Below are positions 25,072 through 37,960 of a stretch of 64,000 nucleotides of DNA, piece by piece. Origin of the DNA: Antedon mediterranea (Eukaryota > Animalia > Echinodermata); assembly GCF_964355755.1 (NCBI RefSeq), contig NC_092678.1:22833365-22897364 (forward strand), given 5' to 3'. Under the pieces are notes generated by a model, which was not told the origin of the DNA, did not search any database, and worked only from the letters and a program-made list of their open reading frames with translations. Every line of letters starts with the position of its first letter. Position 1 is the stretch's first letter. Both the position numbers and the translations under genes were made by a program.

Positions 25072-25455
25072 TAAACAAGAATATTTCTTACAAAAAACGC
25101 TGCTCGCTTATTGTTATTGCTAAGGTCAAGTCTGGGGGTCACTTCATCACGCCTAGATACTTCAAGTATCCTATTACAAACAAAAACTTCAATGGACTGT
25201 TTTGATAACAATTCAATGATTATCTGACAGCGAATTATAGTAATATCATGGGACTCATAAATACCAGAAATGCTTTGGGATTTGTCGTTAGACTCTTTTC
25301 CCAGCCGTTTTTTGATTCAACAGGTGGTACCTATAAATTATAGTGGAGTTTTCCATTTTAACAAAAATGTCAAAGTGTAGTACTATAAAGCTGCTTGATT
25401 TCATCTAATGAATGAGTCATCTCGTGTGACGTAGCGGGCTAGAGCAGCAGCGTGA
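25072..25455 (-). mobile_element. ~385-bp short interspersed element (HINE-like); plus-strand copies at 44637-45018 and 34183-34810 (interrupted)
   Basis: CACGCTGCTGCTCTAGCCCGCTACGTCAC ... AGCGAGCAGCGTTTTTTGTAAGAAATATTCTTGTT; short subterminal inverted motif and terminal stem-loop; absent from the paralogous block at ~28670. Confidence 0.65.
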
Positions 25456-28400
25456 AAAATGTATATCCAACCTCTGCAGCACAGATTGAAATGGTTGGGT
25501 TGGTTGGAAAAAAAAATGGATCGAATTTCTGTTATGAGTATACAGTACTTGCCTTTACGACGCCTGAGGGAATAGACACTTGTGGAACAGAGATTGGAAT
25601 GTTCCATTCATCGCAAATCAATACATTTGTATAAACGTATATTAAATCTATCAAACTAGTATTTTTTTTTTTTTAAATCGGCCTGTCTTCAACATTATGA
25701 TGCTGTACTCGAGCTGTTCAACCAGTTTTCAGCCATTAAAAACAATTATCGTAGGAGGAGATAGGAAAATGCGAAGCATCCTCGTATAATTGTCTGCGGG
25801 TATTTTTCAAGACGGACATCCATTAGACAGTGTATACCACGATCGAAAAATTTGGGGCAAATCGTTGAACCTAAATTCGTTTTAATCGTCAATAACTAAT
25901 TATCGAACTCAATTTAATTAGTAAACAGGGTTACATCTGGTGGTTAAAATCAGTACCGAAAGTACGAACCAACTTTATATACCATCGAGTAAACATTCTA
26001 GAAATAACGCGCGATTTACCAAATTTTGCCCTTACGTAAATTTATATATAGATAATGAATCTCATTAATTATTCATGATTTCTGCTCCCGATAGGAGAAA
26101 ATATAATGCGTAGTGCCACTATTTCCAGAACCGCATAAATCACATAGGTCTACCAGCCTATGCCTAGTTCGAAATATTATGGTGTATTATTATTATTATA
26201 TTACTACTCTAGACTCTAGCATCTATTTTTTGTATTATTAATATTACCTACTTATTATACTATCAGTCTAAAATAACATTTTCAAAGTTCAATGAAAATG
26301 CTTACGGGTTATGGCGTTTGTTTTCTTCGGTAATAAGTAGACAGTCCACCATATTCGTATTTTGTCGTTTTGTGACGTATCTATATCCACAGTTTCATAG
26401 ATCGATAAATAAAAACAATGTAATGCATGATAAAAACAGTATGAACAAAGAGTCATAACATAATGTAGTTTAATATTTATGTTAACGTAGGCCTACAAAC
26501 ATTATGATAATAATTATTTTAATTTAATATGCCGATTTTGTCAGGAAATGTGCAGATTTAGTGATATTTTATTCCATTCTTATTGGTTTAAACTTGTTTC
26601 TTCCATTTTCCAATAAACCATGGCGCTAGGCATATCCATTGTATTTAGTAACACAACGAGACCCTTCACAATTATTGTATTTGCTCTGCATTGAGTAGGC
26701 CTATTGATATTGCAGATTAAATAACGTTAGGTGAACTAAATAAATTGAATGGACTGTTATGGTACAGTAGGTCCATTCGTCGTTTTTATCAATTCAACTA
26801 CAACTATATATAATAGTATTGCGTGCTCACTTTAAAATAAATACCATCACCTTAATCAAGGCTTTTGTGTTGTCTGTGGTGGTACATTCCAGGTCCATTA
26901 TATCTAACTTTAGGAAACTTATAATCCTAACAAAAGTTGTCCTAGTTTTTAAACATGCCAAATGTAATTTACAGGTTGACCTATCGATTTTAAAACCAAT
27001 ACAAAAACGTAACGAACCATAAATACAATGCATATTTTATTTAATCAAACGCAAACAATTAAAGTAATCAAATATTTTTTTTAATTATCCAGTTAATATA
27101 ATAATAGGCCTACTATATACCAGCACCTTTTTCAATACTGTGTAAAGTGTATTTATTTATTATAACTATGCGTAGTCCGAAAACAGCGTCATAGTAACGT
27201 AGTTCTGAATGTGTGTACTTTTGTGGACATTTTCAATAAACCAATTCAAACAACCTTGGCGTGTTTGAAGTTAGACTATTATTTTTCGACAAAAGGCAGT
27301 TAAATAAAGATTTTAACAATTTTTTTTGTAAATATAAACCTCTAAAAGTCTCTGAGAAATGTGGAATGCGGAAATAACAGTGTTATTTCTACTAGTTATA
27401 TGTTTAGCGTGTTTAAAACCCAAACGTGTTTATAGCTACATGTTGTTTTCCTCCACTCCTTTAACAGTCAACATGTCACTATTATATTCAGTCAACATGT
27501 TTAGGTACGTGTTTAGCGTTGCGTGCATATGTTTTTAAAAAACAGCTCCACACATGAGCTCCACACATGGCAAATTAAACACGTTTAAAACCTAAACTTG
27601 TCTTCATATTGCTCTACATGTTTAACAATCAATACGTCACTGATGTGTTGAGTTGGATACAGACTACATGTTTAGAATGTATTTAGAACCTAAACATGTT
27701 CATATCTAAACATGTTTTAAGATCTAAACATTCAAAATTTGTTGCGTTTCACGGAGCGGAAGCGTGCGCCATTATTAAACGAATGCAAATTTTTATATTA
27801 TTATATATTGAATTAAATTAATAATGAGTTAAATTATTGGCTTCGCTCGCGTACCATCTAGGTCGTGCCCACAGATGGCTCTCGAATACATAATAATTTC
27901 AGCGTTAAAAAACTGGCGGTTTTAAATGTACGTACCGCAGGACAATAATACATGTCGTTTACAGGAACGAATAAATAGACACTGTGATTTCTGTACTGAA
28001 CTAAAATTAGCACCCTGGGAATTACTTCCGAAAGAGAAACTTGTCACAAAATGAGACCAATTTTTTAAGTCAAATTTAAACAAACTTAATTTGTGTTTTG
28101 TATGTAACATTAGGGTTGAGGGATGGGAAAGAGGATGGGTGCAAAGAGGAATAATTTTTTAATATATTCTTTATCCATGTAGTAACGAAATATTAATTGT
28201 TTTCATGTTTTACAAATAATATACCACTAAACACAGTAAAACATTGCGATGTAATACTTTGTTGAAACTATCACCGTCCTATTCGATTGAAATAGTATAG
28301 TACATATAACGATACATCACTACGACGTGTATATGTTTGTATAATGTAAAACAATTTGTGAAAACCACCCCTATTCGGGGCAAATCATAAATTCGATTTA

Positions 28401-29315
28401 ATCGTCAATAAATATTAAATTATCTAACTCAACTTAATGGTTTTCAATTGTTTCTTAGAGCCAATTCATACTTAAGTTGGTTCCTAACCCTACCCACCAA
28501 AGTTGTTCTGCGTTTTGGGCATGTGATGCACCGTAGGCCTATCCTCTACTGGCTTTACAACGACTCATGCCAGTGAGGGAAGGGTGATGATGTCACGTGG
28601 GTGGTTTAACTACAATAATAAAGATTTGTACATAATATACGGCGACTGAAAACTCTAGCTCATTATCCGTTTAAAAAAATCTATTAAATTAATAATGAGC
28701 ACAGATTGAAAAAAAAATGGATCGAATTTCTGTTATGAGTATACAGTACTTGCCTTTACGACGCCTGAGGGAATAGACACTTGTGGAACAGAGATTGGAA
28801 TGTTCCATTCATTTCAAATCAATACATTTGTATAAACGTATATTAAATCTATCAAAATAGTATTTTTTAAAGAAAATCGACCTGTCTTCAACATTATGAT
28901 GCTGTACTCGAGCTGTTCAACCGGTTTTCAGCCATTAAAAACAATTATCGTAGGAGGAGATAGGAAAATGCGAAGCATCCTCGTATTATTGTCTGCGGGT
29001 ATTTTTCAAGATGGACATACATTAGACAGTGTATACCACGATCGGAAAACACCCCTATTTGGGGCAAATCGTTGAACCTAAATTCGTTTTAATCGTCAAT
29101 AACTAATTATCGAACTCGATTTAATTATTAAACAGGGTTACATCAGGTGGTTAAAATCAGTACCGAAAGTACGAACCAACTTTACATACCATCGAGTAAA
29201 CATTCTAGAAATTACGCGCGATTTACCGAATTTTGCCCTTACGTAAATTTATATATAGATAATAATGAAAATTAAACCGTAGACCTGCTTTTGTCATTTG
29301 ATGTTTTCATATGAA

Positions 29316-29425
29316 TTTTAGTCGCGTGCAACGTGACTCTACAGCTCACTATGTCGGTCGGTCGGTTGGTCGGTCGGTAAACACTAACTTGAGCACGTGA
29401 CTGCAGCCATGTATATGGACTTTTG
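29316..29425 (+). mobile_element. Minimal HINE/DINE-like element, same family as 61690-62490
   Basis: TTTTAGTCGCGTG start, (GTCG)n microsatellite, CACGTGACT subterminal inverted motif, 3' hairpin. Confidence 0.7.
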
Positions 29426-31493
29426 CTACATTAAAAACTTGTTGAATTTCACGGAGCGGAAGCGTGCGCCATTATTAAACGAATGTTAATTTTTATATTA
29501 TTAAATAATATAAAAATTAACATTCGTTTAATAATGGCACACTAATATATACGGTATTGAATTAAATTAATAATTAGTTAAATTAGTAATATAATGATGA
29601 AAATTAAACCGTATGTCTGCTTTTGTCATATGATGTTTTCATATGATTTTTTTTATATGATTTTCCATTGTTTAAGAAAACAACGGCAAGTGCAATATTT
29701 ATAACAGTTTAGTTATCGTTGCAATTGCTAATGCATCAAAATGAAAGTCACAAACGGCTGGTGGATTTCAGCAATATCAACATTGCAATTTAAACAGCAA
29801 ATTTCACATTTTATATAGGCCTACACGTTGTTATTGTCCTATGGCTTAAACTTTACTTGTTGATTTTCCGATTTTTAATGAACCATGACTTATTCATTCT
29901 TTGTGTTTAGTAACAAAGACGAATATTTCCTTTACAACTAAATCATGATATCGTAGAGTTAATAACGTTAGGTGAACTAAATAAATTGAAAGGACTGTTA
30001 TGGTACAGTACGTCCATTCGTCTTTTATCAATTCAACTACAACTATATCATAGTATTGCGTGCTCACTTTACAATAAACAACATCACCTTAATCAATCCT
30101 TTTGTGCTTTGTGTGGTGGTATATTCCAGGTCCATTATATCTAACTATAGGAAACTTATAATCCCAACAAAAGCGAATATTATTTTCGTGGTGGTGGTGG
30201 TTTCATCATAATTATATATTAGAGTGGGCCTACAGTAATTCAAATAATATTGATGTTAACTGTGATATCTATATTTTTGCCTACAAAAATTATTTATAAG
30301 CACATTTATCATATTTTTTTCCACGGACCATTTGTAAAACATTTTATAATGTAAATGCTATCAAAGTAAAATATGTTTATAAATAAATAAATATTGTTAT
30401 AATAATTCAATTAACCATGGCCTTTAAGTGTATTAGCCGATTTTGTTAGGAAATGTGCACAAATCTAGTTGGATTAACAGTCTTATAAATTAAGATTTCA
30501 TTTACCCACAGCATGTCTGTTATTATAAACTAATCATGATTTATTACTATCTTCTATCAGGAAAGTTTGATTTATAATCATTTCAGTTGTTTAATTACAC
30601 GATATAGATATTATCTCTATGATTACACCAGTAAAGAAACTAAGTTGGAAACTGAATTTCAAATGTATTATTCAAATTATAGTTTTCAATGTTAATAGGC
30701 CTATGACGTAATTAAGACGTTATACCAAGATGAATGTCTGTTTATTATAATTATTGTTTTCGTTGACATTTTGCAAAAGTACCTCTAAAATGTAGAATTT
30801 GCAATGTCTATTAGAATAGTAGTCCTAGTTTTAAAACACGCCAAATTTAATTTCCAGGTTGACCTATCGATTTTAAAACCAATACAAAACGTAACGAAGC
30901 ATAAATATAATGCATACGGTATGTTATTTAATCAAGGCCATTGGGATGCAAAACGAATTATATACTGTAGGAATAAGGTTGTTATTTAATATTAGTACAC
31001 CTTTTATATTATTATACATTTATTCAATACCTTTGTGGTTTTCTGCCGTGGTGCAGATGCATTCCAGGTCCGACATTATATATTATAACAAAGGCGAATT
31101 TATTTCTCACGCTAAAAATACCGTTTTTTACCGATACAAAATATTATTTCGGATATGTAAAGTTAAAGAAAATAATTGTGTATTAACAACAAGTGATACA
31201 TTATGTGCATAGTGTGTTTAGCAGTCATCTGATAATCGTTTAAAATAAAAAAAATAATAAGTTATTGTAAAAGAAAATACATTGTACTATTATAATTCAT
31301 GCTGCTCAACTAATACTATGTATAACTTCAAATGTTTTATTAATAATTTAAAATATAAAAAAAAGTTAGCTTGGTAGAAATATAAACAATATTTTTTTTT
31401 TATGAGATAAAATAATGTTGCAAACAACAAACTATACTAGATAACATTTACACAAAAAAAACCAACAACAAACAAAGCGAAACATTCACATTT

Positions 31494-33538
31494 TTAGAAA
31501 ATAATATGTGACCTAAGGAAGTCCCATTCATATGAACGATTTTGAGATGAGATACGAATTTTCTTCAATTTAACCAAAGTACTACTACATTCCCATATCA
31601 CTGACAGAATACGTTGATTATTTAATTTTTCCGAATCACTAGACAAACGTATATAGAGAACTTCCAAATCAGGAAAGGTTTGAAATAATTTGCACATTTG
31701 TAATCCAGTCAAATGTTCGTGATCTTCAATATAGTAGAAAGAACGTATTTCCTCAACTAAATGATATGTCTTCCATTCATTTGAGAGAATTGTAAGAGCT
31801 CTATCGCCCCATTTTTTAAATAGTTTTATTAAATATCTGTCATGCACTGGTGGCATAATTTCATATTCCGCTTTGTATAGTTGTAATATGATTGACATGT
31901 GTGCTACAATCTTGCATACATTTTCAGATGAATGTTCATTTGATGTATTTATAATTGACTCTACATTATGTAATACTATATTCTGGTATTTTGTAAGTTC
32001 ATCTAAAAACAATTTTAGAAGTTGTATTAAGTGCAAACGGTCATTTCTAAGAAATGTTTTAAAGGAATTACTTAAATAATCAAAATCCTTTTCCAATTCT
32101 TTTTGAGTTATTAGTTCGTCCAATGATTTCAACACTGTTTGTTTGTATTCTTGATTCACATATTTAAAATATTTTGAAAATGAGTAATAATTTGAAGGTC
32201 TATTCGCCAGCCAGTGTTTCATTAGTTTGTCTGCATTAGGACCTAGAAAACTAATAGTGAAAGCTCTTGTCATGTGTAAATAAGTGTTCGTCCTTATTTT
32301 CTCACATTCCTCAGAATCTAAAGTCTCTATTTTGTTGGACAAGTAATACCCGGCCAATGCCTCTGACAATAGCCTATGTGGAAATCGGTAAATATCCTCA
32401 AAATGATCATTAAAAGTAGGAGGGTCTTCGTAAACAAACCCTAATTTTAGCGATAATTCTAAAGTTTCATGTTTTACTGTTCCTCTTAATTCTCTTTCCG
32501 TAAAATGAAGTACATTTTTCTGTAAACCAATGTAACTAATGTTTCCTAGTATTAAAATTGCATTTTCATAGTCAGGTGGAATTTCATCAAATGCTGATAT
32601 CGGGTTTGTAGTATATTTATCACTTCTGTTAATAGACTGATTTATTACAGAACGAAAAATTTCTTTTAAATATTGTTTAAAATCTGTGGGAATTACTGGC
32701 TTGTGTTGCCATGAAGTACACATTTTAAGTAACAAAAATGGCGATGAAAACAATTCAAATATGTTTTTGTGATCACCACCCCAAACTCGTTTATCATGAG
32801 AATCAAGTTTAAATGCTTTGATCAATGACTGACCCAGATCAGGTTTTTCAATAAATTTGAAATACCTGGTAATATAATGCTTTATATTTTCTGCAGCGAA
32901 TCCTTCTACTGTTACATGTACGTCATAATATCTATGTAATTGTACAGTAAAACCTGGTCGTGAAGTCAGAATAACTGTGCTGTGTTCCAGTTCTTCTCCT
33001 TTTAATATCATTGGAATGTCAACCCCAGATTTTAACTCATCGAATCCATCTACTAGAACAACTAATTCTCTGTCGTATTTCTGAATAAAATGGTTTATTG
33101 TTGTTCTGTTAGGGGAGCCTTTGTTGTTGAAAAAACTCTTTCTAAAATTATCAACAATTAAATCGGTTATGGATTGACCTTCCTTGATATCCCTGGCGTT
33201 TATAAGAAATAATATTTTATCAGCAAACGTAGGATCAGAATTGGTTGCCCAATTGTAAGATATGTATTGAAGCAAACATGTCTTACCACTTCCCCCATTT
33301 CCTGTCATCAATACTTTACATGGTTTTATAGAATTTATAATACTCAATAATTCTTTTAATGATATGTGGTGTTTTTTTTTCCCTCTTCTTACAGTATACG
33401 TAGTGAATAGTACTGGATCGGTAAACATCTTAGAAATATCATACCTACCAACATATTTGTTCCATGTTGGTGGTCTTATATTTGGAGGTCTAAATATTTT
33501 TTTCTGCTGTGCTTTTAAAAATGTTCGAATAATTTCAT
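31494..33538 (-). CDS. NLR-3 NACHT exon with truncated LRR region
   Basis: 644-aa ORF extended to the acceptor at 33540-33539; ends YEWDFLRSHIIF*. Confidence 0.9.
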
Positions 33539-36500
33539 CTGAAATTTAAAACAATTGTCAATTCAACGATAACAATGTATTATGCTTGTCATCTATAATT
33601 GTCTTGAATTGTATTGTCGCTGTAAATTAGATTGGTGGTTAACATGGTTGTAACATGTTAATTGTATTAGTAAAAATGCAATTAACCAATATCCTATTTT
33701 GTATAATTTACACTTTATACTGGTAGGGCTTGGGTAGGACTTGGTGGGCTTGACCCTGGACTTGGTGTTTTGGACTTGTAGTGGCTGGCTACCAAATAAT
33801 TAATTAAGTCATTATGTCGAAATTTCGATTTAGTGTGCCAAAATTTCGATTTAGTAAAATAAAAACAAACAGCCGTTCATTTAGGCCAAGTATGGAACGC
33901 ATTAAGTCCCGATGGGCCATCAAGGACTAATATAATAGTGTTTAAAAAGGACTGAAACGTCTGATTGCCAAATATAAATGTTATGTGTTTCCTTTTTTTC
34001 TAATAAATATACTTACCTTCAGATGGAGGTTTGAAGGCGATGGCGATGGCGATGGCGATGGCGAAAATGGCGATGGCGATGGCGATGGCGAAAATACCGA
34101 CAATTAAGCCAGTTTTTAGTGAGCAAGCTATACAAAATAAACGAAGACAAATTTTATGGTTTTTTTTATTATTCTCTATTTGCACGCTGCTGCTCTAGCC
34201 CGCTACGTCACAAGAGATGACTCATTTATTAACTGAAAGCAAGCAGCAGTTATAGTACTTGACACTGGCGTTTTTGCTAAAAAGGATTCTCGACTATAAT
34301 TTATAGGTACCAGCTGCTGAACTCAAAAAAACGTCTGGGAAAAGATTCTAACGGTTGAATGACAAATCCCAAAGCATTTCTGGTATTTATGAGTCCCATG
34401 ATATTATATAATACTGTAATTCACTGTCAGATAATCAAAACAGTCCATGAAAGTTTTTGCTTGACCTTAGCAATAAAATAAACTAAAGTGACAAAAATTG
34501 AGTCTGTGTTTCATATCAAAGTTTTTCACTTCTGTAACTTCTGTAACAATAATATTTATTCACATAAAAAATAGAAAAGAAACGTTTAATTATAACTCCA
34601 TATATATAACAACCATTGTCTGACAGACAATATATAAGTATTTTTTTGCTTTAAATTACATTTTTTCAGGTAAAATAACTATTATGTGACAATAAAATGA
34701 CACATTCAAAACAAATCTGAAATAAAAATATTTTCCAGAGGGACAATATATCTTTAAAACTGTTACGTCAATAAGCGAGCAGCGTTTTTTTGTAAGAAAT
34801 ATTTCTTGTTATTTATTCTTTTATAGTTCATCGGACGTACAAATATTTGAAATAACAATAATAATAATTATTATTATTACCTATTTTTGGTTCTTTGAAT
34901 TTGGCTTTCTGTTTAGTTCTTAAATAGTCTCGAATAGACCTACTTTCATCTGAAATAGAAATATTTATTAATTCAGTGGATTAAAAAATATATTGATTGG
35001 GCCTACCATCTATGAAAGGCACTTCAATTATGACACGGAAGAAGAGTTGACATACATCAAATTTACGAAGATGAAGACGACATTATGCCATAACGCCCGC
35101 CTCATAGTGTATTTACTATAGGTGTAGTTGAGATAGGGTCTAGTGTCCAGAAATAACAATGACATTATTATGGGCGTTGTTATAGGTCATCTATGCTTGA
35201 AAAAATACATTGAGAAAATATTCAAATAGAGAAGATTTTATAATCTTCATATTAGGTAAAAAATAACCAAACTTGACTCCCTTATGTATTGAAGTAAGTG
35301 AAATATCCGACATATAAATGCCGATTTGGATGGTAGGCATAGTTTACTTACTTGTATCAACGAAATTAACAGATTCTACTACATGGTTCAGTCTAACTTC
35401 TCTTAACACCTCGATGAATTTCATCATGTTTCTTTCCGAGAGAATCAAGTTACGTTCAAGGTCCACAATCAAACTCCAGCTGTCTTCATATGGTTTTAAA
35501 TATGTTTCTTCATACATTTCACTTATCTGTCTTGTATCACTTGGTGACATACTATTGCCAAGTCGCATTATCATATGTCTGTATTCACTAAATGACACAT
35601 CTCTCTCTTCTGTTTTTGGGCGTAACAATTCTAATTCTGGCATCCGATATATTCGGTCCCAAACGCCATCTTGTTTTGTTACAGTTATGGTATCGTATAT
35701 AAGATTGGGATTGTTGTGATTTAGTCCTTTATAAATACACAACAAGTTTAACAATTCCATCATTGATGAAGCATTCTCTATTCTAGCTTTGTCTGGCACC
35801 AAGTCTTTGTACAAAACTTTAATCATCCCGATTAGGCGAAATTGGTCAAACCAATCTGCCACAATTTGTTTCAACTGAATGAATTGATGCGTTGTTAAGG
35901 CTAGGAAAAGAAGATGAAATATTTAATTGAACCATTGGATTCTAGTCTCTTATGTATTACGCATTCCATAGAGGAATTGATATCTGAAATTACAGATATT
36001 ATTAAAGACCATCTTGACTATAGTAAAAAGACTATTCACAATAGACTAAATATTAACATCGAATTGATGTTACTATTATTGAGAAATTCGGTTTTTGGGG
36101 ACAATACATAACATCTTTAATATAAGGCTCTCTTTCACTAACCTGTTGTTATCTGTGTTTGTTCTGGTGCTGAAGCCGGTCTTGCTGCCAATGTTGGTTC
36201 CAGTGTTTGAATAACCGCAGGCTGATAGGGTGTTGCTATAATTCACATGCAGTTACACCAAGAAACACAAAAGAAACCAAAATATAATAAGCTTATAATT
36301 CACCAAAATGTAATTACGAATAACAGTAATTTATACTTTGTTTACTTATTTAATGTTTTAATTTTATTTCATTTGTATTCTAAAAAACATGGCATTTTAT
36401 GATAGTAACTGTTCATTTGATTTTGTTTATATGGAATTTTATGTCGATTAATGTGCAAATTACCACCAAACTACTGTGTAATGTGTATGATAATAAACCC

Positions 36501-37044
36501 TTCTTATTTAGACTAATAATGTGTGGTAGGTAGGCATACCTAGTAAAATATGTTCTGATACTTTGTTTAAAACTGTTGCAAACATTTTAATCTTTTGTTG
36601 TGAATCCAAGTGTCCAGCTTTCTCAATGTGATATACAACATCCCATATGTTGTCGAAGTTGAAGGCACTCAGTTTATAGAATGCAGTCAATTTTATCAAG
36701 TCGTTTCCTCCAACGTTTTTAAGTGCTATAAACAGTGTTTTGCGGTATTTTGTCAGGCATACTGTGTTTGTTGTGCAATTGTTTTTCTTGTATTTGTTTA
36801 TGCAATCTGTCGCTGAGGACAGCATAGTAACTTCAGATATGTCCAACAGCAGTCTCACATCAGTTTTAGAAATAAATCCATGATCATTAAGTTTGTTAAA
36901 CAGATATAAGGCTATGTCTGATTGATCTAGATCTCGAATAGGTAGAATACCATATAGAAGCATTCTTAACTCTCGGACTGTCACACCAGTATAGTGTTTG
37001 CTAAGTTTTTTCAGGAAGTTTCTGAATTTTACATTACCATCCAT
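31494..37044 (-). CDS. NLR-3: tDED(B)-linker-tDED(A)-basic-TM-NACHT-short LRR, 1123 aa; exons 37044-36540, 36235-36143, 35900-35352, 34949-34881, 34127-34017, 33538-31494
   Basis: All phase-1 GT/AG junctions; sum 3372 nt = 1124 codons; Walker A GNGGSGKT, Walker B LVDGFDE. Confidence 0.8.
34017..34127 (-). CDS. NLR-3 transmembrane micro-exon (CSLKTGLIVGIFAIAIAIAIFAIAIAIAIAFKPPSE)
   Basis: 111 nt; ttttgtatag acceptor and GTAAGT donor; phase 1-1; core is (GCCATC)n. Confidence 0.8.
35352..35900 (-). CDS. Tandem DED exon, type A (NLR-3 second module)
   Basis: 549 nt, phase 1-1; close paralog of 2768-3310. Confidence 0.85.
36540..37044 (-). CDS. Tandem DED exon, type B (NLR-3 first module)
   Basis: Acceptor at 37053-37052, ATG at 37044, GTATGC donor; paralog of 15167-15668. 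Confidence 0.85.
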
Positions 37045-37188
37045 TTTTAATCTGTAAAAATATAATTGTAAAAATAGCAAAATATTTTCAAACAATGAGA
37101 CCTAAAAATGTTTAGATGTTCCATGCTTTCTATTGAGGCAGTATTTGTGTAGTTGTTTGATTTTAGTCGTAATTTCAGCTAACTTTAA

Positions 37189-37779
37189 AGCTCAGGTACA
37201 GGCATGAATTTTAAATATAATATTTGGTTAATTGTACATAAATCAAATATTTGTAACAGAAATCAAGAAAAAAAAACATGAATTTCCCTTAATATGGCCA
37301 AATACAAAATTTGCAAAATTCTTCCATAAAAACCAGGAAGACCTTTTTTCAGTAGTTAGGTAGTTAACCTAATGTAATAACATGTCTTGTGACTCCCTAG
37401 AAGGTGAAAAAAGATGGTGGATATACGGTGGATAATTTTTGCTATAGCATGAAAATTAAAATTTGAAGTTGAATAAAAATTCCAGAAATGTAATATTCAA
37501 GTTATATTACCTATACTTAGTCATCTGATAAAATTTGTTACCACACTGTTTATTTTTCGTAGCTTTTTAAAATGCCTCTCTATTTACAAAATTTGTGTAC
37601 AAAAAAATAGAGATTTTACTGTGTAATTTGAACTATCTGAACTGATAAGAAAATGCTTATTTTCAACAAGCTCGTGTAACACAAATAAAATCCCAAAAAT
37701 TATGAAACATAGGGGAAACTATAGATCGATAATTATTGGAATGCATGATCAATAGAAATTTTTTGCCCGCACCTGGCCT
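37189..37779. mobile_element. Kolobok-like non-autonomous DNA transposon
   Basis: TTAA on both flanks; imperfect TIRs AGCTCAGGTACAGGCA / AGGCCAGGTGCGGGCA starting with AG. Confidence 0.6.
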
Positions 37780-37854
37780 TTAAAAAGTATTTATTTATAA
37801 TTCTAAGTCTATTAGTGTAGGTTCATTCTGAAAAAAGGGATTGGAAAGTGAATT

Positions 37855-37960
37855 TAGGTAGATTAGTGGTTAACGTGCTTGCCTTCTAATACCAAGGTCC
37901 CAGGGCTCAACTCTGACCTAGTGCCAGGGTTGTAACTCACGACTCTTTCAAATAAGACTT
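37855..37960 (+). mobile_element. Degenerate tRNA-derived SINE head
   Basis: A-box-like TAGTGGTTAA and B-box-like GGCTCAACTC at tRNA spacing; no acceptor stem. Confidence 0.45.

Larger units (their letters stand above)
23980..26055. repeat. Composite dispersed repeat; further copies at ~27850-29260, ~51085-52375 and ~55585-56610
   Basis: Near-identical blocks (AAATGTACGTACCGCAGGAC..., GGGTTGAGGGATGGG..., GGAATGTTCCATTCATC...AAATTTATATATAGAT) recur 3-4 times. Confidence 0.85.

Noticed and set aside
27395-27735. Region rich in ACATGTTT/AAACACG motifs, possible MITE
   Set aside because: No clear TIR or TSD could be defined by eye
33712-33788. Possible Ser/Pro/Thr-rich micro-exon between the NLR-3 TM and NACHT exons (KSKTPSPGSSPPSPTQALP)
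   Set aside because: No acceptor/donor pair gives a phase 1-1 exon without a stop codon; left out of the model
37855-37930. tRNA gene
   Set aside because: Degenerate B box and no acceptor stem; treated as a SINE head
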